Positions 39,411 to 49,404 of a stretch of DNA of 64,000 nt are shown here, one piece after another. The position numbers and the translations under genes are program-made. Source of the DNA: a bacterium (lineage in GTDB: Bacteria; Hinthialibacterota; Hinthialibacteria; Hinthialibacterales; Hinthialibacteraceae); assembly GCA_963663405.2 (NCBI GenBank), contig CAXXSM010000036.1, positions 1-64,000 of the forward strand. Reading direction: 5' to 3'. Below the pieces are notes generated by a model that was not told where the DNA came from, made no database searches, and saw only the letters and a program-made list of their open reading frames with translations. The number at the start of each line of letters is the position of its first letter. Positions within the stretch are counted from its first letter, which is position 1.

Positions 39411-40589
39411 ATGAAAGGTATCTTTCCAATCGTTTTGGCTGTGAGTTGTTTCTGTTTCACCGCATTTGGAGAAGAGAAAGCAGTTGAGAAGCCTATCCTT
39501 GCTGGGGAGCCGTATGTCTATACCGAGTGGGAAGCGTTCACGACTGAATCCACACACGGTGGTTTGATCAACGACCATATTTTCGGCCTGACGGCGGATG
39601 GGAACCGGTTGTGGATTGGAACCGAGAACGGCTTGGTTCTCTACGAAAATGGAAAATGGAAACATTGGACCGAAGAAGACGGCCTGCCGTGGCGGGTTGT
39701 CAGTTCCATCGCAGTCAGCCCTAAAACAGGTGATGTATGGGTCGGTATGTTCGGAGGAGGAATCGCTCGTTTCAGCGCTGGGCGCTTTGATCATTTCCAT
39801 CAGTTGAACAGTGGATTGGTCAATGATGTCGTCTACTCTCTTGATGTGGAAGGCGATAACATTTGGGTCGCCACGACCGCTGGAGTCAGTTCGTACAATA
39901 CAATCACGGGGGAGTGGGAAATCTACACCGAAAAAAACGCGCCGATGGAAGAAATCTGGTGCTACAGTCTCGACGCTACAAAAGATAAAGTGCATGTCGC
40001 CGTATGGGGCGGCGGTATTCTAGAATGGGATGTCAAAGACCGGACTTGGACCGATCATCACGATCCGGATGGGGAGATGGAGATTGATCTTTATCGTGAT
40101 GATGGCCTGATTCACATTATCACCACTTCCGCGTCTTACGTTGATAATATTCTGTGGGCTTCCACTTATTTCGGTTTAAGCCGTTACGATGGACGGCACT
40201 GGCGGGGATATATGGATCACGACAGCGGCCTCGCCAGCAGTTTCATCAACCTTGCTAAAGGACGGAGCGGAACCTGTTGTTATAATGCGACGGACTATGG
40301 ATTGGCGGTTTTAGTGGATTTTGAAACCGATACATGGGTCACTTATCTGCGCGAAACCGAAGACGCCAAAACGTGGACGGCGGAAGTGAAAATCGGGAAT
40401 GAATTGATTCGTAAAGTTCCGACGCAGCTCTCCCTTCCCAATCATTTCATCATTTGTGTAGAATTCATGGGTGATGATGTGTGGATTGGAACCGGTCACG
40501 GACTGGCGCGTGGCATTGGAACCGGTTATTGGCCTGGACTAAAGAAATCAGAGAAGACAGTTTCAGCGAAAACAACGAAGTCTGAATAA
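39411..40589 (+). CDS. Secreted two-component-regulator-type beta-propeller protein
   Basis: Signal peptide; LWIGTENGL, W..EDGLP, NSGLVND.V, WIGTGHGL repeats. Confidence 0.8.
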   Translation: MKGIFPIVLAVSCFCFTAFGEEKAVEKPILAGEPYVYTEWEAFTTESTHGGLINDHIFGLTADGNRLWIGTENGLVLYENGKWKHWTEEDGLPWRVVSSIAVSPKTGDVWVGMFGGGIARFSAGRFDHFHQLNSGLVNDVVYSLDVEGDNIWVATTAGVSSYNTITGEWEIYTEKNAPMEEIWCYSLDATKDKVHVAVWGGGILEWDVKDRTWTDHHDPDGEMEIDLYRDDGLIHIITTSASYVDNILWASTYFGLSRYDGRHWRGYMDHDSGLASSFINLAKGRSGTCCYNATDYGLAVLVDFETDTWVTYLRETEDAKTWTAEVKIGNELIRKVPTQLSLPNHFIICVEFMGDDVWIGTGHGLARGIGTGYWPGLKKSEKTVSAKTTKSE

Positions 40590-40612
40590 AAACATACTTG
40601 TTACGAGGTGAT

Positions 40613-41992
40613 ATGATGAAACAGTTCTTCGGCGTAATCTTTCTAATAAGTGTGTTATCTGGCGCGTGGGTATGGGCGGATGATGTATCCAATCCGCCTG
40701 CGAAATCGGAAAGCGCCGGGATAGCGAATTCGACGGAACTGCCAAATTATGGGGGGACGCCGGAGGAATATGTCCCCTTTGGACATTTTACGAAACCATA
40801 CAAGCGCTTTTTCCTTGAACCGCTTTTGTATCGGGGGTATGGACGTCATATCCCCGAACCCAAGCATGTGGAAAGCGTTAAAATCGGCTTTATCGGCCCA
40901 ATCATGAAAACCGTGTCGGTCGCGACAGGCGGCGCTTCGCATGAAGAACCACTCGGCCTAAAGATGCTGCAAGGCGCCCGCCTGGCGATCGAACACGCCA
41001 ACGCCAACGGTGGCTATCGTGGATCAGGCATCCCGTATGAGTTGGTCGTTAAAAATGACAACGGCCTTTGGGGCGCGTCCGGAAGTGAGATTATCGACCT
41101 CGCTTACAAAGATAAAGTCTGGGCGATTGTTGGCACGATCGACGGCGCCAACAGCCATATCGCGATCCGCGTCGCTCTAAAGATTGAAATCCCCATGATG
41201 AACACCGGAGACACCGATCCGACGTTTATCGAGACCAATATCCCTTGGGTGTTCCGCAATATCACCGATGATCGTACGATGTGTTATTTGTTGGCCGATT
41301 TCGCATTCAAGAAGCTGGGATTGACCAAAATCGCCGCTCTCCGCGCCGGCAACCGCTATGGACGCATGAGCATTGATGAGTTCCGCGACGGCGCCCGGCG
41401 GCTTGGATTTCCATTTGCCACGGAAATGCAGTATCGATTGGGGGACACCGACTATACTACTCAACTTAAACGGATTCAGGATCTTAAACCGGACGCGGTG
41501 ATTACGTACGGCAATTCATATGAATCCGCGCTGGTTCTCAAACAAATGCGGGAGATGGGGATGGATCAATGGTATTTCGGCAGCGACCGTATGGTGACAC
41601 AGGAATTTCTCGATATTGTTGGAGACAAAGCGGGTAAAGTCGCCGCTGGTTATCCCTATAATCCCACCAGCAAGGATGATAGACACGTTCAATTTATTGA
41701 AGCGTTCAAAGAGCGCTTTGGCGCCGAACCGGAAACATACGCGGGCCATGCCTACGATGGCATCGAAATGTTGGTCCAGGCGATTGAAGAAGCGGGTTTG
41801 AACCGCGCGTTGATCCGTGACACTCTTGCGGAGATGACTAATTTTCATGGCGTCACCGGTATAAAAGAAATGGACGCGGTTTTCAGCAACCGTTCAAGCG
41901 CCTGTCTTGCGATTGTGGAGGATGGTGAATTCAAATTCTATACACGCGATCAAATTTTGGGTGAAGATTCCCTCGAATTTACGAAACGTTAG
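40613..41992 (+). CDS. Type I periplasmic binding protein (LivJ/Peripla_BP_6-like)
   Basis: KIGFIGP, GARLAIEHANANGG, AHAYDG-type motif (GHAYDG), F.GVTG. Confidence 0.85.
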   Translation: MMKQFFGVIFLISVLSGAWVWADDVSNPPAKSESAGIANSTELPNYGGTPEEYVPFGHFTKPYKRFFLEPLLYRGYGRHIPEPKHVESVKIGFIGPIMKTVSVATGGASHEEPLGLKMLQGARLAIEHANANGGYRGSGIPYELVVKNDNGLWGASGSEIIDLAYKDKVWAIVGTIDGANSHIAIRVALKIEIPMMNTGDTDPTFIETNIPWVFRNITDDRTMCYLLADFAFKKLGLTKIAALRAGNRYGRMSIDEFRDGARRLGFPFATEMQYRLGDTDYTTQLKRIQDLKPDAVITYGNSYESALVLKQMREMGMDQWYFGSDRMVTQEFLDIVGDKAGKVAAGYPYNPTSKDDRHVQFIEAFKERFGAEPETYAGHAYDGIEMLVQAIEEAGLNRALIRDTLAEMTNFHGVTGIKEMDAVFSNRSSACLAIVEDGEFKFYTRDQILGEDSLEFTKR

Positions 41993-42007
41993 TCTTGGCA
42001 GGTCCCG

Positions 42008-43207
42008 ATGAGACGAATTGGAAAATGGCTCCGGGGGGGATGGTTTATCTTCCCCGGTTTCTTTATTTTTACTTATTTACACGTAAGTTACGCAGCCGAA
42101 AGCCTCCCATCCATTCCTCATAAACGCATGTTAGATGATCCGCTCGAGTTTACTGGCCGCGAGGGGCCGGTGGGCGATCCAATGAAGTTGGGAGAGATCC
42201 GCATCGGTTTTTTTGCGCCGGTTGATGGTTCCGATCCTGTGGGGGACGCAATGTGGAAGGGGGCGTCTCTCGCTGTCGAGGAGGCGAATCGCGCTGGAGG
42301 GTATCAACAAGTTCCATATCGGTTGATATCGCGTTGGGCGGATGATCCTTGGGGAGCGGGTTCAAAGGAGATGATCCGGTTGGTCTATGAAGATCGCGTC
42401 TGGGCGGTGATCGGCTCGATTGACGGTGATACGACTCATATCGCCGAACAAATTGTTACTAAAGCGCGTCTGCCTCTCATTTCACCCGTGTCGTCCGATC
42501 CTACGCTGACGTTCATCCGGATTCCCTGGATTTTTCGCCTGGCGCCGGACGATCGCTCGCAGGCGAACGTTCTTGTCAGCGATGGCATAATCCAGCATGG
42601 TTGCAAGCGAATCGGATTGATCACAGCGTCCAACCATGATGGACGGATCGCGGCGAAAGAATTGAAAGACGCGCTGGGAAAAAATAATATAGCGCCTGTC
42701 TGTCATCTTATTCTGCCACCGGATCCGGAATCCTTTGGGGAATTGGCGGATAAACTTCAGGCGTTTCACTGTGACACGCTGGCGCTGGCGATTCCTAGAG
42801 ATTCAATAGGACCATTGTTGAAGTCATTCAAAAATAATAATATCAAAATCCCTGTTTTTTTTCCTTGGATACCCGGCGCCGATGAAAGAGAGTTAAAAAA
42901 ACTATATGAAGGAATGTTGGTTACTATTCGTCCATTTGAAGAAGATACTCTAACAGAACAGTATTCCACGTTCCTTCTGGCCTATCAAAATCGGTTTGGG
43001 GAATCCCCTAACGCTTGCGCGGTGTATGCGTATGACGCGGTGAACATCATTGGTAAAGCCATTCAATCCCAAGGTTTGAACCGGGCGCGTATCCGCCGCG
43101 CATTGGCTGATATGAAATGTGGAGAAGGAGTGACGGGGAAAATCGTCTGGGATCATGGGGGAGGGAATCCAGGGCGCCCGTTGATCTATAAGATCACCGC
43201 CCCATGA
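42008..43207 (+). CDS. Type I periplasmic binding protein (LivJ/Peripla_BP_6-like), paralog of upstream gene
   Basis: RIGFFAP, GASLAVEEANRAGG, WIFRLAPDD, YAYDAV, GVTG. Confidence 0.85.
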   Translation: MRRIGKWLRGGWFIFPGFFIFTYLHVSYAAESLPSIPHKRMLDDPLEFTGREGPVGDPMKLGEIRIGFFAPVDGSDPVGDAMWKGASLAVEEANRAGGYQQVPYRLISRWADDPWGAGSKEMIRLVYEDRVWAVIGSIDGDTTHIAEQIVTKARLPLISPVSSDPTLTFIRIPWIFRLAPDDRSQANVLVSDGIIQHGCKRIGLITASNHDGRIAAKELKDALGKNNIAPVCHLILPPDPESFGELADKLQAFHCDTLALAIPRDSIGPLLKSFKNNNIKIPVFFPWIPGADERELKKLYEGMLVTIRPFEEDTLTEQYSTFLLAYQNRFGESPNACAVYAYDAVNIIGKAIQSQGLNRARIRRALADMKCGEGVTGKIVWDHGGGNPGRPLIYKITAP

Positions 43208-43219
43208 GAAACTGTATGG

Positions 43220-44233
43220 CTAGGATTTTAGGTGTTCGTCGAAGAACGTGAGCGCGCGCTGTTCGATATAGGGACACACAACCATGCCCGTGAGCAGCAC
43301 GGCTGAATAATGGCCCGTGGGCACATAAAGTGTCTTAGGACAGCCCAGCGCTTGGCGCAGTCTCTCACCCGTTCGCCGGGGAACGGTCGCGTCCATCCGC
43401 GCGAGAATCAAAAATGTCTTCTGCGCATTGATATACGGCGCGAATCGAAGCGGTTCAGAGAGGATTTCTTCCCGGATCGCGTCTCGCAGTTCTTCCATTG
43501 TCCAACCGTTTTTTTCACGGATGGCGGTCCGGATACTGTCCAGTTTTTCAAGATTGCTTGTAGTTAAAATGGAACCGAAATCGCCACCCGCCAGCGCGAA
43601 TACATTCGCTTTCAAACGGGGTTCCACTCCCGCAAGGATAACATTCTTGATTCCTCCATAACTCACTCCGAAACTGCCCAGCGCTTCTGTGTCGACGCCT
43701 TCCTGCTGACAGAGCCAATCCAGCGCAATCCGATCCCGAATGACCGCGTCACACATTTGCTCTTCCAGACTGCTTAATTCGATCGCTTCTCCGCGCCGCG
43801 CTTTCTTTAAAAGATCGGGCGGGCGGTGTACGACGAGGCAGTGATACCCGCGCATTGAAAAACGCTGCGCGAAATGAGACGCCACCCGGTTTTTCCCACC
43901 CAAAATCGGTGAGATTAGAAGCCCCGGCGCTGATCCGTTTTCATCGCAGGGGTAATAATCTACTGTGAGAGGCTCATCACCGTTCTGGACTTGGATTTTT
44001 ACGCGGATGAATCCATCGGGATTTTTTTCCTGGGAGAGAACCGGGCAGCCGGTTGGCTGCCGGTAGCGTTCGTCCAATTCAGGAGGGCGGATTACAGGTC
44101 CAGTGTAATCCCGATCCAAACGCACGGTGGCGCATTGAAACTGCGATAAACAAAGCGCAAAGAAAAACAACCAGCGAATTGAAAATAAATTTCCCAGGAA
44201 TATCTTGCTCAAATAGGTTTTTATACGTATCAT
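43220..44233 (-). CDS. Alpha/beta hydrolase, probably exported
   Basis: GVSYGG nucleophile elbow, D (MDATVP) and H (TGHY) triad residues. Confidence 0.8.
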   Translation of the reverse strand: MIRIKTYLSKIFLGNLFSIRWLFFFALCLSQFQCATVRLDRDYTGPVIRPPELDERYRQPTGCPVLSQEKNPDGFIRVKIQVQNGDEPLTVDYYPCDENGSAPGLLISPILGGKNRVASHFAQRFSMRGYHCLVVHRPPDLLKKARRGEAIELSSLEEQMCDAVIRDRIALDWLCQQEGVDTEALGSFGVSYGGIKNVILAGVEPRLKANVFALAGGDFGSILTTSNLEKLDSIRTAIREKNGWTMEELRDAIREEILSEPLRFAPYINAQKTFLILARMDATVPRRTGERLRQALGCPKTLYVPTGHYSAVLLTGMVVCPYIEQRALTFFDEHLKS

Positions 44234-44293
44234 AATTAAACTTAATATAACTCGCGTTTCTGTGAGTGTCATGAAAAATCTCTGGAGGATAGA

Positions 44294-44611
44294 ATGAAAT
44301 ATAATCGTCTAATTTTACTTTTCGCGGTAGGTTTCCTGTGTGTCTCTATGTTTGGATGCGCGGGTGGATCGAGAAGAGTCGTTCTCGATGATCAAACCAT
44401 CGCCCTGCAAATCAAAGACCAGCTCGAAGCCACCAGCGGGCCGGAAGGTCCATTTGAAATTGATGTCATTGTGGATGCTGGAGAAGTTACTTTAGATGGA
44501 GAAGTCCCAACTCCACTTGCGAAAGAAAAAGCGATCGAAATCACCCAGATCACAGAGGGTGTCAAGGATGTGAAAAGCTACTTGATCGTCCGGCAACCGT
44601 CCAACCAGTGA
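44294..44611 (+). CDS. BON-domain lipoprotein
   Basis: Lipobox MFGC; DD.TI...I...L, GEVTLDGEV, GVKDVKSYL. Confidence 0.85.
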   Translation: MKYNRLILLFAVGFLCVSMFGCAGGSRRVVLDDQTIALQIKDQLEATSGPEGPFEIDVIVDAGEVTLDGEVPTPLAKEKAIEITQITEGVKDVKSYLIVRQPSNQ

Positions 44612-44628
44612 GAAAAATGGTTTGAAAT

Positions 44629-45165
44629 ATGAAGAAAACAGTGAAGGCGTCCACAGTCGAACTCGTCCAAGGGGATATCACCCAACAGGACACTGCGGCG
44701 ATCGCCAACGCGGCGAATACGTCGCTGTTAGGGGGGGGAGGCGTTGACGGCGCGATTCACCGGGCGGGTGGTCCTCAAATCCTTGAAGAATGTAAAAAAC
44801 TGAATGGCTGTAAAACCGGCGACGCCAAGATTACAACCGGTGGAAACCTGAAAGCCAAGTATGTAATCCATACCCCCGGCCCCATTTATCGAGGCGGAAC
44901 CGCTGGAGAATCGAAACTGCTCGAATCCTGCTACCGGCGTTGCCTCGAAGTGGCCGTGGAAAACGATATTGATTCAATCGCTTTTCCATCCATCAGCACG
45001 GGCGTCTATGGCTATCCCGTCAATGAAGCGGCGGAAATCGCCCTTCGAACCGTCAGAACCTTCCTGGAAAACAATCCTTCCTTACACCTTGTTCGATTTG
45101 TTCTTTTTGATAAGAAGACTTATCAGGCGTTTGTTGGTGCGATGGGAAAGGTGTGGGAAGATTAA
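44629..45165 (+). CDS. Macro-domain O-acetyl-ADP-ribose deacetylase (YmdB-like)
   Basis: GDIT, NAANTSLLGGGGVDGAIHRAGG, IAFPSISTGVYGYP. Confidence 0.92.
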   Translation: MKKTVKASTVELVQGDITQQDTAAIANAANTSLLGGGGVDGAIHRAGGPQILEECKKLNGCKTGDAKITTGGNLKAKYVIHTPGPIYRGGTAGESKLLESCYRRCLEVAVENDIDSIAFPSISTGVYGYPVNEAAEIALRTVRTFLENNPSLHLVRFVLFDKKTYQAFVGAMGKVWED

Positions 45166-45226
45166 TATCGAATTAACCATCATGATTGAGATCACAACGC
45201 GAAAGTGAAAATGAGTCGCGGAAGCG

Positions 45227-45305
45227 GTAGGGCGCCTCACGCTTTATCGACCCACCGGGAATGATTTACGAAAATGGCGCCTCAAAAAGACGCGACCCAC
45301 CCTAC
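45227..45305. repeat. Inverted pair of GTAG-type REP-like elements
   Basis: GTAGGGCGCCTCACGC... facing ...GACGCGACCCACCCTAC (reverse complement GTAGGGTGGGTCGCGTC). Confidence 0.45.
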
Positions 45306-45520
45306 ATGCTATTTCTTATCTGTCGATTTCTTCTTATCAGAAGAAAGAGGAGGCACACCGGTTCCACCCTTGGGTGGATTATTGGGATCTAGATTTTCAT
45401 ATATTGGTTGATAGCCTTTCATTAACAGATTATTTACTTCTTGCATTTTTCTGAATATCTTTTGTTTTTTTTCTTTATCCATTTTTTATTCCCATAGTGA
45501 GAGAATTATTGGGCTGGAAT

Positions 45521-45835
45521 TTAGACAGGTTGCAAGTTTTTGTTGACTGGGACGAATGATATTTGAAGCCGCTTATTCAAAACAGAAGCAATACGTTGAA
45601 GCATACGCAAGGAATGACCTTCGTAGTCAGCATTTTCTAGATCGGCGATTATGGATTGACTAATCCCTAAAAGTTTTGCTAATTCGGCCTGTGTTAGGTT
45701 CGCGTTCATTCGCGCATCATAAATAAGTTGCGCAACCTGAGCGTTAATAGCCGCTTGTTCAACAAGCTCACGGAGTTCACTATCGGTTCCAATCATCTGA
45801 TCGATAATTTTCAGAGCATTATTTGTTTTAGGCAT
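45521..45835 (-). CDS. XRE-family HTH antitoxin (HigA-like)
   Basis: LTQAELAKLLGISQSIIADLE..YEGHSL.ML.RIA; downstream of and overlapping the toxin. Confidence 0.85.
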   Translation of the reverse strand: MPKTNNALKIIDQMIGTDSELRELVEQAAINAQVAQLIYDARMNANLTQAELAKLLGISQSIIADLENADYEGHSLRMLQRIASVLNKRLQISFVPVNKNLQPV

Positions 45836-46238
45836 CGGAAATGATCTCCTCAAGAGCGTGATTTTCCGGTTCTTGTTCGTATTGTTTTTTTCGGATTAAG
45901 GCGCGATTGATATCTATATCAGGTACTTTTGCTTTCTTTGTAAGAGCGTGGGCAAGTAAAGCCACATTTCTTCCATGAAAAAAGTATAGGATGCGGTAAT
46001 TTACATGTTCTTTCTTTACTCGAAGCTCATAGATTCCTTCACGAAGATAGTCGGCTTGAGGCCTTCTGAGTTCGTGACCAAACGTGGCCAGCTGGTAGAT
46101 CGCCGCCACGCAATTGGCGAAGGCCTTACGATCTTTTTGTTGCAGATCGAAAAGCCAATCCCGAACGGGCGAATTACCATTTTCTTCTTGATAAAAGAAT
46201 ACTTTCGTCTCTGGCACAGAATCCTCGAAATTACTCAC
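45828..46238 (-). CDS. RelE/ParE-family toxin (HigB/Gp49-like)
   Basis: FYQEENGNSPV..WL, LRRP.ADYLREGIYELR, YRILYFF, H...KK. Confidence 0.85.
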   Translation of the reverse strand: MSNFEDSVPETKVFFYQEENGNSPVRDWLFDLQQKDRKAFANCVAAIYQLATFGHELRRPQADYLREGIYELRVKKEHVNYRILYFFHGRNVALLAHALTKKAKVPDIDINRALIRKKQYEQEPENHALEEIISDA

Positions 46239-46364
46239 TATTAAATATGTTATATCATAAGAAAAAAATACTCAATACACATTTTAACTTATACAAAATT
46301 GTGTTTGAATAGTATTTCTTAATTGGCCGAAAAGATCTATTAAACCTGCTATTTGTTGGCTACA

Positions 46365-47495
46365 TTATCCCGCTGGTGGTATCGTCTCCCCATCTTCCTT
46401 GTCTTTTGAAGCAATTCCTTCATCTGAGCTGTATGCTAAAGATGAATTCTGTTCTTCCAATGGGATATCCCGGAATGAAATAGGTCCTGTTGGGATGGGG
46501 GTGGGATTCCATTCGGGAGTGGATAGGATGACGGATTCCTTTTTTTTGACGGGTGTCTTGAATGAATAGGCTGCGTTTCCTGTCAGATCATTCATAAACG
46601 CAATGGCGAACGCGTCTTTTAAAATGGGAATCGGCAGGAGGAAAAACGCGCCGAATAGTGACGCGGGAATCGTCAATAAAAAAAGAACCAATTCCCGCAT
46701 GACGCCACTGACGTGAAATAGACCGATTAAGGAATACGTGAATACGCCCGTAAAAAGCGCGGCGAATAGGAAAATTATGGTTTCCGCAATTCCAATCGTG
46801 AACCGGTAATAAGCGTAGAGGATGAACTCGCCCAGCGACGCGAAAATCAGGTCGAACGCCCGTGACCAGGCTTTCATAACTCCATAATCTTGAAAGATCA
46901 TCAGCGGTACAACGATTGAATCCAGTGTTATTGAATAAAAAAATCCAAATAAAAGGATGTTGATCAAACCACCAATCCCTAGAGTGAGTAACAGCAGCAA
47001 TCCTGCTTGATCTCCTTTCATCTCCACCAACCAAGCTGAAAGAGCAAGGGCGCATATACTGAGAAAAATAAATCCCGTAAGCGCAAAGACCGCAAACGTG
47101 ATCTTCCAAACAAAATAACAAAAAACCGCATAACAATGTTTACGGAAACTGGAGAGATAATCCATTAAGCCAGTCCGGACACCGTCATAAAAAAGAATCC
47201 GTGACGCCGCCGCATAAAAGGTGGCGATGATTTTGAAAAGGATCAATCCCACAAGGAGTGTAACCGTGGCGGTAATCAAAAAAGGCAGCAGTTTCAGATT
47301 CCATATGCTGATTTGTGTTAAATCCAGATCCGCTGTGTGTTCTTCAAATTGGAGATATAGATTGATAAGGGAGAAGCCTTGCATCAAAAAATAGAGCAGG
47401 GCCATCCTCAGCCAAAAACTCAACCGGAAGGGCCGGAATAAAAGACGTGGAACCTGTCTCCACGCCCGGCGAAACGCGCCGGCGGTTGTGGTCAT
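46365..47495 (-). CDS. Polytopic membrane protein of unknown function
   Basis: Several hydrophobic helices; acidic C-terminal tail. Confidence 0.65.
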   Translation of the reverse strand: MTTTAGAFRRAWRQVPRLLFRPFRLSFWLRMALLYFLMQGFSLINLYLQFEEHTADLDLTQISIWNLKLLPFLITATVTLLVGLILFKIIATFYAAASRILFYDGVRTGLMDYLSSFRKHCYAVFCYFVWKITFAVFALTGFIFLSICALALSAWLVEMKGDQAGLLLLLTLGIGGLINILLFGFFYSITLDSIVVPLMIFQDYGVMKAWSRAFDLIFASLGEFILYAYYRFTIGIAETIIFLFAALFTGVFTYSLIGLFHVSGVMRELVLFLLTIPASLFGAFFLLPIPILKDAFAIAFMNDLTGNAAYSFKTPVKKKESVILSTPEWNPTPIPTGPISFRDIPLEEQNSSLAYSSDEGIASKDKEDGETIPPAG

Positions 47496-47626
47496 TGTTA
47501 TTGTCCTTTTATAAAATATGAACTGAAATCAAGAAATCGCTGGTATACCTTTCCCCGCGTCGATCCCTGCGCCAGAATGAATATATCAGCATCAATATCA
47601 ATAAGCCATGAATTGAATGATAAGGC

Positions 47627-48751
47627 GTGTTTATGATACATCATACTCGAGTTTTAATTAATCCGCGCGCGTATGAAAATAACATCCGGTATTTCGCCGC
47701 GCTTTCCCCGCATTCACTATGCGCCGTGGTGAAAGCGGACGCGTATGGTCATGGTCTGCGGGAATTGGCGCCGGTCGCGGTCCAGGCGGGCGCGGAGTAT
47801 TTGGGAATTTCTGATAATTGGGAAGCGGGAGAGATTCGCCGGTTGGGATTGCAGTGTCCGATCCTGCGTCTCCGGCCCGCGTTGCGGGATGAGTGCGAAG
47901 AAGCGCAATCGTGGGGTGTGGAAGAGTTGGTTGGATCATTGGAATCGGCGGAGATGTTGTCGGAAATTGGAAAACGGTCGGAAACGCCTATCTCCATACA
48001 TGTAAAAATTGATGCCGGAATGGGGCGTATGAGTTTTTCATCGCCCCGGCAAAATCAAGAGATCGAACGGATCTGTCAATTGCCAGGAGTTCGTGTGAAA
48101 GGATTGATGACTCATTTTCCCTGCGCGGATGAAGAAGATATTGAATTAACAAAGGATCAACTCAAACGCTTTGAAGAATTGGCTCACGCGCTAACTCCCA
48201 TCCTGCCTAAGGATGTAATGTGGCACACCGCGAACAGCGCCGCAACGCTGAGACTTCCGGAAAGTCATTATTCTCTTACGCGGGTGGGAATCGCTTCCTA
48301 TGGATTGAAGCCATCTCCGATTACACCGGTTCCTCAGGACTTACATCCGGTGATGTCTTTCCAGACACGAGTAGCGCAACTTAGGGAACTTCCAAAAGGC
48401 AGTACGATCGGATACGGCATGACCTATACCTCCGATCGAGATATGTGGTTGGCGACTCTGCCCGTTGGATACGCCGATGGCTACCTGCGTGATTTCTCTA
48501 ACCGGGCGTATGTTCTAATTCAAGGCGTCCGTTGCCCTGTCGTGGGGCGGATCACGATGAATATGATCATCGTGGATGTGTCCGGTCTTCCACAAGTTAG
48601 CATAGGAGACGAAGCGATTCTGATGGGCAGGCAGGGAAGCGAAGAAATTTCGGCGGATGAACTCGCCCAATTAGCCAATACTATTAATTATGAGATTACT
48701 TGCCTGTTTGGGAAATGCAGTTATCAAAGAGTCTTGGATGAGACCTGTTGA
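47627..48751 (+). CDS. alr: Alanine racemase
   Basis: AVVKADAYGHG (PLP lysine), HVKIDAGMGR, GYG.TY, GYADGY, INYEI. Confidence 0.95.
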   Translation: MFMIHHTRVLINPRAYENNIRYFAALSPHSLCAVVKADAYGHGLRELAPVAVQAGAEYLGISDNWEAGEIRRLGLQCPILRLRPALRDECEEAQSWGVEELVGSLESAEMLSEIGKRSETPISIHVKIDAGMGRMSFSSPRQNQEIERICQLPGVRVKGLMTHFPCADEEDIELTKDQLKRFEELAHALTPILPKDVMWHTANSAATLRLPESHYSLTRVGIASYGLKPSPITPVPQDLHPVMSFQTRVAQLRELPKGSTIGYGMTYTSDRDMWLATLPVGYADGYLRDFSNRAYVLIQGVRCPVVGRITMNMIIVDVSGLPQVSIGDEAILMGRQGSEEISADELAQLANTINYEITCLFGKCSYQRVLDETC

Positions 48752-48759
48752 GTTTGTAG

Positions 48760-49404
48760 TTAGGGCGTGTTTTGTGTGGATTGGAGGAGAGAAACGATCG
48801 CGTTCGTCACTTCCCGGATACCCTGCCGTTTCAGAACAGAGGTTAAAATACAAGATTCTTCTTTGGAAAGGCCCAGCGCGCGAATCGTCTGCGCGCGGGA
48901 TTTTTGGATGGCGTTCTTTTTCAATTTATCAGTTTTTGTCAGGATCGTGACGGCGGCGCGATTCGAATGAGTGATCCATTCCCGCATTTGCAGATCCAGT
49001 GTTTGTGGCTCATGACGCGAATCGACCAGTTGCAGAATCCCGATCAACGGCTTCCGCCGTTCAAGAAATTCTCCCATTGTTTTTCCCCACTGCTCTTGCA
49101 CCGTCTTCCCTGTTTTTGTGTAGCCATAGCCGGGAAGATCGACCAGATGCAGGTGGATCGATCCAGGTTCAATACGCAGGTGAAAGTAATTGATCATCTG
49201 CGTTTTCCCTGGAGTGCGGGAGGTTTTGGCCAGGTTTTTCTGGTTGCAGAGTAGATTGATTAAACTTGATTTGCCGACATTGGAACGTCCGGCGATCGCG
49301 ATTTCTGGATAGATTGGATCGGGGCAGCTTCGCAAATTGGGTGAACTGACAACATACGACGCTTCCACAACGCGATAGGGAGTATGATCACTTTTTTCTA
49401 ACAT
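48760..49404 (-). CDS. engB: Ribosome biogenesis GTP-binding protein EngB/YihA/YsxC
   Basis: GRSNVGKSSLIN, SRTPGKTQ, DLPGYG, TKTDKL. Confidence 0.95.
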   Translation of the reverse strand: MLEKSDHTPYRVVEASYVVSSPNLRSCPDPIYPEIAIAGRSNVGKSSLINLLCNQKNLAKTSRTPGKTQMINYFHLRIEPGSIHLHLVDLPGYGYTKTGKTVQEQWGKTMGEFLERRKPLIGILQLVDSRHEPQTLDLQMREWITHSNRAAVTILTKTDKLKKNAIQKSRAQTIRALGLSKEESCILTSVLKRQGIREVTNAIVSLLQSTQNTP

